In this document: piece by piece, positions 9,239 to 17,438 of the stretch
Layout: the number at the start of each line of letters is the position of its first letter
Numbering within the stretch: the stretch's first letter is position 1
Assembly (NCBI GenBank): GCA_028714495.1
Contig: JAQTMH010000001.1
Coordinates: forward strand, 245,036 to 309,035
Origin: Patescibacteria group bacterium
Lineage (GTDB): Bacteria > Patescibacteriota > Patescibacteriia > JAHIZJ01
DNA length: 64,000 bases
Direction: 5' to 3'
Notes under the pieces: model-generated
What the model was told of the DNA's origin: nothing
The model's database searches: none
What the model saw: only the letters and a program-made list of their open reading frames with translations
Made by a program: the position numbers and the translations under genes

Positions 9239-10069
9239 TCACCGAACGTAGCAGTGGTACTCCTTCCAGAGGAAATCCCTCTCCTTCTGGGTGAGCCCGA
9301 GCTCACGCCCGGCGATATTGTACTCGTTGATGGCCCAAGACAATCGCAGTATGGCCCAGCCATACTGTTCCATATCCTGAAGGGAACGGGCATAGACGAG
9401 CACGTCCCGGCAGTCCTGGACCAGCTTGGCCCTGAACTGTTCCGGACTCAGGCCATAGTCCTGGATGGTCGTCCCACTGGCGTTCACCAGGTGGACGATT
9501 TCGCGACCGACGTCCCAGGGGTCATCGAGCATGATGGTGCCCTCGCCCTGTCCGATGTCATGGCCGCGGCGGGCGGAAATCGGCTGGTCCAAGCACTGGA
9601 TCAATTCGGTCGCGATGGTACGTCCGAGCCGGTTGTGTGCGGAGTGCACTTCGCTTGCGTTGACCCCGACGTCTTCCCAGGTGACATTCCAGTCACCGAG
9701 ATTGCGCATCGCCGATCCGACTTTGCGATACTGATCGAAGCGCTGGTCGAGGACTCCGTAGGAATCCTGCGCCATCTTCACTTCCTGCTCCCAGCTCGGA
9801 GACAGGAAGCCAGTGAAGACCTGCCGCATCTGCTCGGCGTACTGCGTGCGCTGTTCGAAAGCCTGGCGAGCTTCGTTGAGGGACACCTGTGCGGCCTTCA
9901 GGTTCTCGGCCTGCTTGTTCAGCGTGGCCTCCTTGACCGCCAGCTCCTCGCTCCATGAGTTCAGGTTGGCCTTCTGGTCGCCGAGGTGATGGAACCCGAC
10001 CAGCGTGATGACCAGAAGCACCGCCCAGACGATCCCGACTGCTCCAACGATTCCGATCCGCTTCTTCAT
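9239..10069 (-). CDS. Membrane-anchored coiled-coil hypothetical protein
   Basis: AAGGAGG RBS; N-terminal TM followed by a heptad-rich segment. Confidence 0.7.
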   Translation of the reverse strand: MKKRIGIVGAVGIVWAVLLVITLVGFHHLGDQKANLNSWSEELAVKEATLNKQAENLKAAQVSLNEARQAFEQRTQYAEQMRQVFTGFLSPSWEQEVKMAQDSYGVLDQRFDQYRKVGSAMRNLGDWNVTWEDVGVNASEVHSAHNRLGRTIATELIQCLDQPISARRGHDIGQGEGTIMLDDPWDVGREIVHLVNASGTTIQDYGLSPEQFRAKLVQDCRDVLVYARSLQDMEQYGWAILRLSWAINEYNIAGRELGLTQKERDFLWKEYHCYVR

Positions 10070-10315
10070 GACCTTCGGTCCTCCTTTGACAGCTTGACCT
10101 GCCGTCTGACATACCCCCATGCTTCATATCCGAGACCGATCATCCCGACCTTTCGACTTCTCTCAAGATCAGGACGCTCCCGCAACCCAGCACCACGTAG
10201 GGCGCCGGGCTCTGGGAGTATTTAATTGTCAAAGTTCTGGTAGCGCTCTCATTTGCAGGAATAACCATCCTTCATCCTTCATTCTTCCTTCTGAATTCTT
10301 AATTCTAAATTGGCT

Positions 10316-10462
10316 TCTCTCCACCGAACTGGAGGTGAGTTTGTCCATCTTTGAGCCGAAGCTCGATGGACCGGCTGAACTTAGTGAAGGCGTTGAGTTG
10401 TTCACCCGACGCGATCACCTCATCTAGCCACTCTCTTCTCCCCTCCATGTCGGTGCGGAGAA
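10316..10462 (-). ncRNA. Structured ~140-nt RNA motif, copy 2
   Basis: 10322-10462 matches 8891-9031 at 140 of 141 positions. Confidence 0.65.
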
Positions 10463-10636
10463 CAATCCTATTGCGTATCCCGAAATCTTGTTTCGGGTTT
10501 GTTGTAAAGAACGTGGTCTCTCAATAAGCAGAATGCATTATTTCCCTGCCAGCTCGAGGCCGGTGGACTCGGCCCTTTTGCATGGTTTGTGACCGCCTCC
10601 GGTCCTCGAATTGGCAGGGAAACAATTTGTCTAAAA

Positions 10637-10772
10637 AGCACTGATCTGGAGGCGAGTCCAAACGCCCTTTGAGCCGAAGCTCGGGCGCTCAAACTGAATT
10701 GTGTTGAAGCCATCGAGGCATGGCCCGATGAGATCAACTCCTTCAGCCTCCTCCCTCCTCCATATCAGTGCT
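10637..10772 (-). ncRNA. Structured ~140-nt RNA motif, diverged copy 3
   Basis: Shares CTTTGAGCCGAAGCTCG and the CTGGAGG/CCTCCA stem, with compensatory changes. Confidence 0.55.
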
Positions 10773-10998
10773 ATTTAACGTCGTTCATGGTCCGCCTTGG
10801 GCGGACGGCAATTTAAAATGGGTGACAGTTTGCTGCTGTCAAACCCGAGAAGAGAGTTTTCGACAGAAACAAACCACCACCCATTGATTATGAATGCCGG
10901 TTTTCCAACCGCAATTTGAAGCGATTGGCTCTCTCCTCATTTATTTTATGTAATGTGCTCGCGAACTCTCCCCACAAGATTCTTGAGCATAACTGGAG

Positions 10999-11027
10999 AG
11001 TATAGCGTACCAAAAAAGACCTGTCAA
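10999..11027 (-). promoter_or_regulatory. Near-consensus sigma70 promoter heading the array
   Basis: TTGACA-17bp-TATACT on the minus strand. Confidence 0.7.
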
Positions 11028-11111
11028 GACCCCATGAGATGATATTGGCTAATGTAAGCCAAAATATTTTATCAATTAATTTATTTATTGGGTTTTTTAA
11101 CATATTACTAC

Positions 11112-11139
11112 GTAGGCGAGGTTGATCAACCTCGCCTGC
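11112..11139. repeat. GTAG-type REP-like palindrome
   Basis: GTAGGCGAGGTTGATCAACCTCGCCTGC; relatives at 36914 and 39809. Confidence 0.65.
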
Positions 11140-11252
11140 TTTGGAAGAGCTTATTTACTATGGAATAGTTGCGCCGGGGTGGTTCTACGCGTTTACTTAC
11201 AAAAAAAACTGTGATAAAGTGACCGCGAAAGTGTTGTTTCGCGACTTTCTTT

Positions 11253-11687
11253 ATGCCAAAAGCAAACAAAAATTTCCACGTCGGCCTGAAGGCTTTTCTT
11301 CAAAAAGACTCTTCATTCCTGGCGCTCAAAGATGCTTATAGCGATTACTGGGATGTTCCCGGCGGCCGGATTGAAGCCTCGGAAATCGATCAGCCGGTTA
11401 CCGAATGCCTGCGCCGCGAACTTTTAGAAGAGTTAGGTTTAAGTTTTCGCTATAAAATCAATAATCTTTTCGAGGTTTGCCAATTCCGCGTCGATGCCAA
11501 AAACAAACGTTCGCCCGGCGTTAATCTCTTCTTGGTTTTTTATGTCTGCCAATACTTAGGCGGCGATATTGTTATCAATAATGAATCGACGAAATACGAG
11601 TGGCTGACAAAAGAAAACTATCAACTTTACAATTTCGGTTCACAGCAAAAAGTGATTGAGCAATTTGTCCGGCAACGTCTTTCTTAA
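11253..11687 (+). CDS. NUDIX hydrolase
   Basis: PGGRIE...LRRELLEELG Nudix box. Confidence 0.85.
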   Translation: MPKANKNFHVGLKAFLQKDSSFLALKDAYSDYWDVPGGRIEASEIDQPVTECLRRELLEELGLSFRYKINNLFEVCQFRVDAKNKRSPGVNLFLVFYVCQYLGGDIVINNESTKYEWLTKENYQLYNFGSQQKVIEQFVRQRLS

Positions 11688-11693
11688 AGCGCG

Positions 11694-12155
11694 ATGAATA
11701 AAAAAGAGATTGTTCTAGTCCTGCACAATGTCCGGAGCCGTTTCAATGTCGGCGCGATTTTTCGAACCGCCGATGGCGCGGGTGTAGCCAAGATTTTTTT
11801 ATGCGGAATTACTCCGCGACCGCCCCACGATAAAATCGCCAAGGTCTCGCTCGGCGCCGAAAAATATATCCCATGGGAATATTACCTCCAAACCGTCCGG
11901 CTTCTAAAAAATCTCAAAAAGCTCGGCTATCAAGTAGTCGCCCTTGAACAATCCAGAAAAAGCCTTCATTATAATAAGTGTGGGTCCGTAAAGCCAGTGG
12001 CCCTGGTGGTTGGCAATGAAATTAGCGGTTTGCCTGCGACTATCCTGAACCTAGCCAACCAAGTAATAGAAATACCTATGCACGGTCAGAAGGAATCGCT
12101 CAACGTGGCTGTGGCAACTGGAATCGTTCTCTTTAATATGATAAATACAAGGTAA
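11694..12155 (+). CDS. TrmH/SpoU family RNA methyltransferase
   Basis: NVGAIFRTAD, VGNE and ESLNVAVA SPOUT motifs. Confidence 0.9.
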   Translation: MNKKEIVLVLHNVRSRFNVGAIFRTADGAGVAKIFLCGITPRPPHDKIAKVSLGAEKYIPWEYYLQTVRLLKNLKKLGYQVVALEQSRKSLHYNKCGSVKPVALVVGNEISGLPATILNLANQVIEIPMHGQKESLNVAVATGIVLFNMINTR

Positions 12156-12206
12156 GCGAGCCTAACTAGTCCGCCTCTGGCGGAAGGCTCGCCTCCGAGA
12201 ATACAT

Positions 12207-12414
12207 GCCGCGGTGGTGGAACCCTGCACCATGTAAGGTGCAGGGCTCCGAACCTGGCATGGTTCGAGGCTGGGTAAAATTTAATAACAAATATTCTTTA
12301 GAATAGTTGGTGCCGCGGTGGCGGAACTGTCCCGTACCACAATGGGTACGGGACACCCAGAACTCCACGCAGTTCTGGGTGGTATCCGGCACCCAACGTG
12401 GTGCCGGGTAAAAT
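12207..12414 (+). pseudogene. Two palindrome-interrupted 5' fragments of tRNA-Leu
   Basis: GCCGCGGTGGYGGAAC at 12207 and 12312, each followed by hairpins and ending GGGTAAAAT. Confidence 0.65.
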
Positions 12415-12445
12415 CACAAACTGCAAATTATTCAGCCCAACTGGA

Positions 12446-12532
12446 GCCGCGGTGGCGGAACTGGTATACGCGACGGACTTAAAATCCGTTGGAGGAAACT
12501 CCATGAGAGTTCGATTCTCTCCCGCGGCACCA
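12446..12532 (+). tRNA. tRNA-Leu(TAA)
   Basis: Cloverleaf with long variable arm, anticodon TAA, encoded CCA. Confidence 0.95.
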
Positions 12533-12573
12533 GCTGGGCTGAAAAAAGACAGCGGGGAGAACGTGGAGTTTAT

Positions 12574-12906
12574 ATGCATTATGTGTACTTTCTTCTTTCT
12601 CCATTTTCTAGTAAAACATACGTTGGCCGAACAAATTCTCTCGTCAGGAGAATTGCCGAACACCGAAATGGTAAATGCTGGACTACGGTTCGAATGGGAA
12701 AATTCATAGTAATTGGCTACGAGGCCTTTATGTCAAAAAGTGATTCTTTTAGACGCGAGAGGTACTTCAAAACATCAAAGGGCAGATCAACCCTACGATT
12801 AATGTTCCGAGATAGCATCGCCACGACACTTTTCCCTAACCACGCTGGGTTCGGGGTACCTAGTACCGGAACGAAGCGACTGGTGATGGGTAAAATCCCA
12901 AAATAA
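12574..12906 (+). CDS. Stand-alone GIY-YIG nuclease
   Basis: YVY...YVG motif, RRIAEH, RRERYFK. Confidence 0.85.
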   Translation: MHYVYFLLSPFSSKTYVGRTNSLVRRIAEHRNGKCWTTVRMGKFIVIGYEAFMSKSDSFRRERYFKTSKGRSTLRLMFRDSIATTLFPNHAGFGVPSTGTKRLVMGKIPK

Positions 12907-12946
12907 TAAACAGCTCAAGTTTAACCGAGCCATTTTTAAAATATCT

Positions 12947-13900
12947 TTAAGACTTTTTCTCTTCGGATGACTGGCCAGCTGAATCGGCGGCCGTGGTTGT
13001 CTCAGCCATGGCGATCGGCAAGACAATCTGCCGGGCAATGATGCCTAAAAGTATCTGGTTATTGTAGCTGAATTCTCGTCCCCTCTCTTTGTCGCCCAGG
13101 AGAATCGCACCGACTACCCGATTGCCAACCTGCATCGGCACTCCCAGCATGTTCTGGCTGGAATATCCGGTTGCTAGATTTTTCTGCTTGCGGTATTGCT
13201 CTTTGACTATTGAAATCTCGCGTCGCGTGCGGTAGATCTGCCCGAGAATCGGGTCTTTAAATAAATCGATCTTTAAATTTTTGACGCGCTGGTTATTGCC
13301 ATAACCCCGGGCGTCCTGGATTACCACTCGGCCCTCCGCCGGGTAATAAAGGGCAAAGATGGCTTTTTGAGCCTTGATGATTTTCAGAATCGTGGTAATT
13401 AATAGGTCGGTCAAATTATCCAAATCCGAGTAAGAGGAGGCGATTTTGCCAGTCGAATAAATAGTTACTAGCTTGTTATTAGCGTGGTGGAGCCGTTCAG
13501 TCAAATTTTCTATGATGTTTGAATAAATCTTATTGACTATTTGAGAATAGTCTTCAGCCAGCTTCAAAAAATCCTTGCCTAGTATTTCAATCATGTCGCC
13601 TGACTCAGTCACCTCGCAACTATGCGAGTGTTTTAATTTTGGGTTAGTCAGAGCGCTCTCCACCGCGAAACTGTGCTTACCTAGAATCGCCAAAGTCTGG
13701 ACTTCTTCATTGAAAATCCGGTAGATGTGCGCTTGGCCGCTTAAGACGATAAAAAAAGATTTGCGGGCTTCTCCGGCTTCAAAAAGTATTTCGCCTTTAT
13801 TATATTTCTTGACTGTGATAATTTTGGCGAGTACCTGAAGCTCGGGGTCGCTTAAGCCCTCAAGAACCGGAATGTTTTGGATAATTTTCGTGTCAATCAT
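12947..13900 (-). CDS. Cyclic-nucleotide-binding plus GAF domain protein
   Basis: N-terminal cNMP fold (GEILFEAGE, FFIVLSG); C-terminal GAF (MLGVPM...VGAILL...FS). Confidence 0.8.
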   Translation of the reverse strand: MIDTKIIQNIPVLEGLSDPELQVLAKIITVKKYNKGEILFEAGEARKSFFIVLSGQAHIYRIFNEEVQTLAILGKHSFAVESALTNPKLKHSHSCEVTESGDMIEILGKDFLKLAEDYSQIVNKIYSNIIENLTERLHHANNKLVTIYSTGKIASSYSDLDNLTDLLITTILKIIKAQKAIFALYYPAEGRVVIQDARGYGNNQRVKNLKIDLFKDPILGQIYRTRREISIVKEQYRKQKNLATGYSSQNMLGVPMQVGNRVVGAILLGDKERGREFSYNNQILLGIIARQIVLPIAMAETTTAADSAGQSSEEKKS

Positions 13901-13949
13901 TCTAGTTAAGATTATATCAAATCCGAACCAATTAAGCCACTTCCTTGTC

Positions 13950-14525
13950 TTAGCCACCGGTAGCGAGTGAATCAATCTTGGCAAGCATCTTGGGAAGTTT
14001 TTTGAAATCTTGGATTAGCGTCTGGCGCAGTCCGCCGTGATAGAGGGCCGCGGCTGGATGGTAGAGCGGCGTTATAAACTTGCCCTGACGCCGGAAGATT
14101 TTGCCGTGTTCTTTTGAAATCCGAAAATCCGAAGGCAAGAATCGGTACATCGCGTGACGGCCAAGCAGGACAATCAGCTTTGGTTTAATCGCCTCGAGCT
14201 GGGCGTCGAGATACGGCCAGCAGGCGTCAATTTCTTCGGGCAGCGGATCGCGGTTTCCGGGCGGCCGGTGTTTCACGATATTTCCGATGAAAACATCCTC
14301 TCGTTTCCAGCCGATCAGTCCCAGCATTTCTTCAAGGAATTTACCAGCCTGTCCGACAAACGGCCGGCCTTGCTTGTCCTCTTCCTGGCCTGGCCCCTCG
14401 CCAATGAAAAAAACCCGGGCTTCTGGATTTCCCTCGCCGGGAACGCCCTGGATAGCGTTTTTGTATAACGCACAACGCTGGCAGGTTTTTACCTCACTGG
14501 CGATTTGATCGATTTTATTATTCAC
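13950..14525 (-). CDS. udg: Uracil-DNA glycosylase family 4
   Basis: CxxC, GEGPG, KHRPPGNRDP and YHPAA motifs. Confidence 0.92.
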   Translation of the reverse strand: MNNKIDQIASEVKTCQRCALYKNAIQGVPGEGNPEARVFFIGEGPGQEEDKQGRPFVGQAGKFLEEMLGLIGWKREDVFIGNIVKHRPPGNRDPLPEEIDACWPYLDAQLEAIKPKLIVLLGRHAMYRFLPSDFRISKEHGKIFRRQGKFITPLYHPAAALYHGGLRQTLIQDFKKLPKMLAKIDSLATGG

Positions 14526-14567
14526 GTCAGAAACGATATCAATAAGTCTATTATAATTTCAGCCGAT

Positions 14568-15035
14568 CTAAGATTTTATTTTAGCTTTAAGTCTCGCCAT
14601 TTCCACAGCCGCCCAGCCGGCTTCGTAGCCTTTATTTGTTTCTCCGGTGGAACGGGCCATGGCCTGGGCTAAATTATCACATGTCAGAACGCCAAAAATC
14701 ACCGGTATGTTTGTTTGCCGGCCCACCTCGCTGATGCCGCGAGCGGTTTCAGTGGCAACATAATGATAATGGTCTGTTTCGCCTTTGATAATCGCCCCTA
14801 AACATATTACCGCGTCATACTTCCGGTTAATGGCCGCCGCTTTAGCCGCCCAGGGCAGTTCGAACGCTCCCGGTACTTCAATCTGGGCAATGCGCGATTT
14901 CTTAACGCCTGCTTCTTTCAACGCCTTGAGGCAGCCGTTTAAAAGACTACCGGTAATCTTTGGGTTGAAGCGCGCGGTAATGACCACGAAACGATAGGCC
15001 GCGCCTGAGATTTTTTTCAGAGTAGCTTGTTTCAC
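14568..15035 (-). CDS. ribH: 6,7-dimethyl-8-ribityllumazine synthase
   Basis: VPGAFELP, LGAIIKGETDH, NKGYEA. Confidence 0.95.
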   Translation of the reverse strand: MKQATLKKISGAAYRFVVITARFNPKITGSLLNGCLKALKEAGVKKSRIAQIEVPGAFELPWAAKAAAINRKYDAVICLGAIIKGETDHYHYVATETARGISEVGRQTNIPVIFGVLTCDNLAQAMARSTGETNKGYEAGWAAVEMARLKAKIKS

Positions 15036-15622
15036 TTTTTTGGCAATAATCGTTCGAGATATTTGGCCATCATGTCTACCTCAACATTAACCGGATCGCC
15101 TTTCTTCTTATACTTAAATATGGTGTGTTGCCTGGTGTAAGGAATTATCGCTACTTGAAAATTCACGGTATCTGGATTTAAACCGGTTAGACTGATTCCA
15201 TCCAGGGCGATAAACCCCTTGTTAGCCACGTACTTCATCAGCTTGATTGGAAGCTCAACCGTGAAGATGACATCATGCTTGGTGTCAAAAATATCCTTGA
15301 TTATGCCGACTCCATCGATGTGTCCCTGAACCAGGTGGCCACCCAGTTCATCAAACGCCCGAATCGCTGGCTCGAGATTTACTTGTGAACCAACCTTAAG
15401 TTTGCCAAAATAGGTCCGGCGCATAGTTTCAGCCACGACATCCACCCAAAAGCCGCCCGGTACCTTTTTGGTAACTGTTAAACAGGCGCCATTGATCGCC
15501 ACGCTGCTCCCAGGCTTCAAACGGCCTAAAATTCTACCGGCTTTTATCTGAAACGACCAGGCTTTTTTTCGTTTTTTTATTTCTTTGATTGTCCCAATTT
15601 CGTAAACAATGCCGCTAAACAT
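15032..15622 (-). CDS. ribE: Riboflavin synthase
   Basis: MFSGIV start, NGACLTV, GGHLVQGHIDG. Confidence 0.95.
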   Translation of the reverse strand: MFSGIVYEIGTIKEIKKRKKAWSFQIKAGRILGRLKPGSSVAINGACLTVTKKVPGGFWVDVVAETMRRTYFGKLKVGSQVNLEPAIRAFDELGGHLVQGHIDGVGIIKDIFDTKHDVIFTVELPIKLMKYVANKGFIALDGISLTGLNPDTVNFQVAIIPYTRQHTIFKYKKKGDPVNVEVDMMAKYLERLLPKK

Positions 15623-15632
15623 AGGTTTATAT

Positions 15633-16004
15633 TTAGTCTTTTAATACATTTTTAGCCTGATAAATATCTTCCTGGATCTGGGCCACTAAGCGAGTCTCAT
15701 CGGGATAAGTCTGAAGCGAGCGTAACCGTTTAACTAATCGGGCTTCAAGTACCAGGCCTCTAAAATCCTCTCTCACGCCCAACACATGGATTTCAATTTT
15801 AAAATCTTTCTTTTTCTTTCGCGATGGCGCGCCGATAATCACCAAGCTGGGGTATTTTTTAGCACCCACTGCTGTCCAGGCCGCGTAAACTCCTTTGGGT
15901 ACGGGATGGAGTTTATAATAACGCCGATCGAGATTAGCGGTGGGATAACCCAGGCCCTCTCCCCGGCCCTCTCCCCGAATTACCTTGCCTTTGACAATAG
16001 ACAT
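15633..16004 (-). CDS. Riboflavin kinase (kinase domain only)
   Basis: GRGEGLGYPTANL motif; no FAD-synthetase domain. Confidence 0.85.
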   Translation of the reverse strand: MSIVKGKVIRGEGRGEGLGYPTANLDRRYYKLHPVPKGVYAAWTAVGAKKYPSLVIIGAPSRKKKKDFKIEIHVLGVREDFRGLVLEARLVKRLRSLQTYPDETRLVAQIQEDIYQAKNVLKD

Positions 16005-16064
16005 TTTTATCTGCTATTTAACTTCTGTGAATCGGGGGGTCGCCGTCCAGGGCAACTATTTTCT

Positions 16065-16712
16065 TCACACGGTAATGCTTTCCCGCTCTTCAAGAATTCG
16101 ATAAGGGATCTTGGCTTCTTCGAAAGCTTTGGCAAAAACCGCGGTATCAGTGATATAATTCTCATTGTGGTAATGCATCGGAATCGCCAATTGCGGCTTA
16201 ATCTTTTTAAGGTACTTAACCGCGTCTTTGGGCGAGAAGCAAACCTGGCCGCACATCGGAATCAGCACAATTTCCGCCGGCACCTTGTCGCTTTTGACCG
16301 TATCGCCTAAATGCAAAAGTTGTCGATCGATCAAGAAGCCGATTACCTCAGGTGGCTGGCCTCCACCAGGAAGCGGTCCGTGTTTGGATTTAACGCCCAT
16401 AAATTCGACGTTGTCCACGTTTGTCATTTCGCCCGGCTCGATGTCCAAACTTTCAATCCCGGCGTCTTTTAATTTTCCCTGGACCGCCTGGTTAGTAATG
16501 ATTTTCGGTTGATTGTTCCGCAGAATTATCTTCAGACTCTCCAAATCAAAATGGTCCGAGTGCTCATGGGTAAACAGAATTACGTCTATTTTCTGCCAAT
16601 TTTCAGGTTTTAACGGCAGGGCGCTGTAAACATAACTGCCCGGGTCAATCAGAATCCTTTTATCCTTTAGTTCGACCAGAAAACACGACTGGGGATACTT
16701 TGTAATTTTCAT
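16065..16712 (-). CDS. MBL-fold metallo-hydrolase
   Basis: THEHSDH, GDT and IPMHY motifs. Confidence 0.88.
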   Translation of the reverse strand: MKITKYPQSCFLVELKDKRILIDPGSYVYSALPLKPENWQKIDVILFTHEHSDHFDLESLKIILRNNQPKIITNQAVQGKLKDAGIESLDIEPGEMTNVDNVEFMGVKSKHGPLPGGGQPPEVIGFLIDRQLLHLGDTVKSDKVPAEIVLIPMCGQVCFSPKDAVKYLKKIKPQLAIPMHYHNENYITDTAVFAKAFEEAKIPYRILEERESITV

Positions 16713-17376
16713 ATGGAATTTTTTTATTGATTGTTTGGTAGTTATTTTGAGTTTGCCGGCGCCAGGCTAAGAGATAGCAGAAGGGCGTGCCGATAAGCGA
16801 GAAAAAGGTTTTGACCATGAAATGAGAGCCGATGATTGTCCAGGCCGTAGCCGCTGGAATTACTCCAAACCACATAAGAAGAACTATCAAAATCACCGTG
16901 TCCAGCAGCTGGCCGATAATGGTTGCCGCGTTATTTCTTAACCAGAGATATTTGCCCTTGGTCCGCTCTTTCAAAAAACTGAAAATCCAAACGCCGTTGG
17001 ACTGGGCCACGAGGTAGGCAATGATGCTGGCCAGAATGACTTTCGGGGCGAAGTCCATTATCAAATTGAAGGCGGCGGTATTTTTCCAGAAATCAGCCGG
17101 GGTCAGCCAGATGGAAAACTTGATGAGCAGCAGAACAATCAGATTGGCGTAGAAACCGAGCCAGATAATCCGCTGGACAGCCTTTTTCCCGTAGAGCTCG
17201 CACAGAACGCCGGTAAAAAGAAAAGTCAGCGGGTAGAGCAATGTTCCGGCTGGCAAATTTAGCCACATAAACTTCACAAACTTGACTGACACGATATTCG
17301 CTATGACATAAGCGACGATAAAGCCCACAGTCAGCAGTTCACGGCGCGAGGGTAATTGATTGCGATTAAAAATCAT
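16660..17376 (-). CDS. Queuosine-precursor transporter (VUT/YhhQ family)
   Basis: ANIVSVK, ELYGKK, LWLRN, GQLLDT; multi-TM. Confidence 0.85.
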   Translation of the reverse strand: MIFNRNQLPSRRELLTVGFIVAYVIANIVSVKFVKFMWLNLPAGTLLYPLTFLFTGVLCELYGKKAVQRIIWLGFYANLIVLLLIKFSIWLTPADFWKNTAAFNLIMDFAPKVILASIIAYLVAQSNGVWIFSFLKERTKGKYLWLRNNAATIIGQLLDTVILIVLLMWFGVIPAATAWTIIGSHFMVKTFFSLIGTPFCYLLAWRRQTQNNYQTINKKIPYENYKVSPVVFSGRTKG

Positions 17377-17438
17377 ATGTGAATTCCTTTCTAATAATAA
17401 ATTAATGGTAAAGTCGGAGGTTAAAAAAATAATTATCT

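Noticed and set aside
9254-9958. Long antisense ORFs (also 46441-47181, 54973-55818, 62364-63053)
   Set aside because: Shadow frames of GC-rich real genes or tRNA regions, with no recognisable motifs.
812-11027. Prophage
   Set aside because: No recognisable capsid, terminase, integrase or replication genes.
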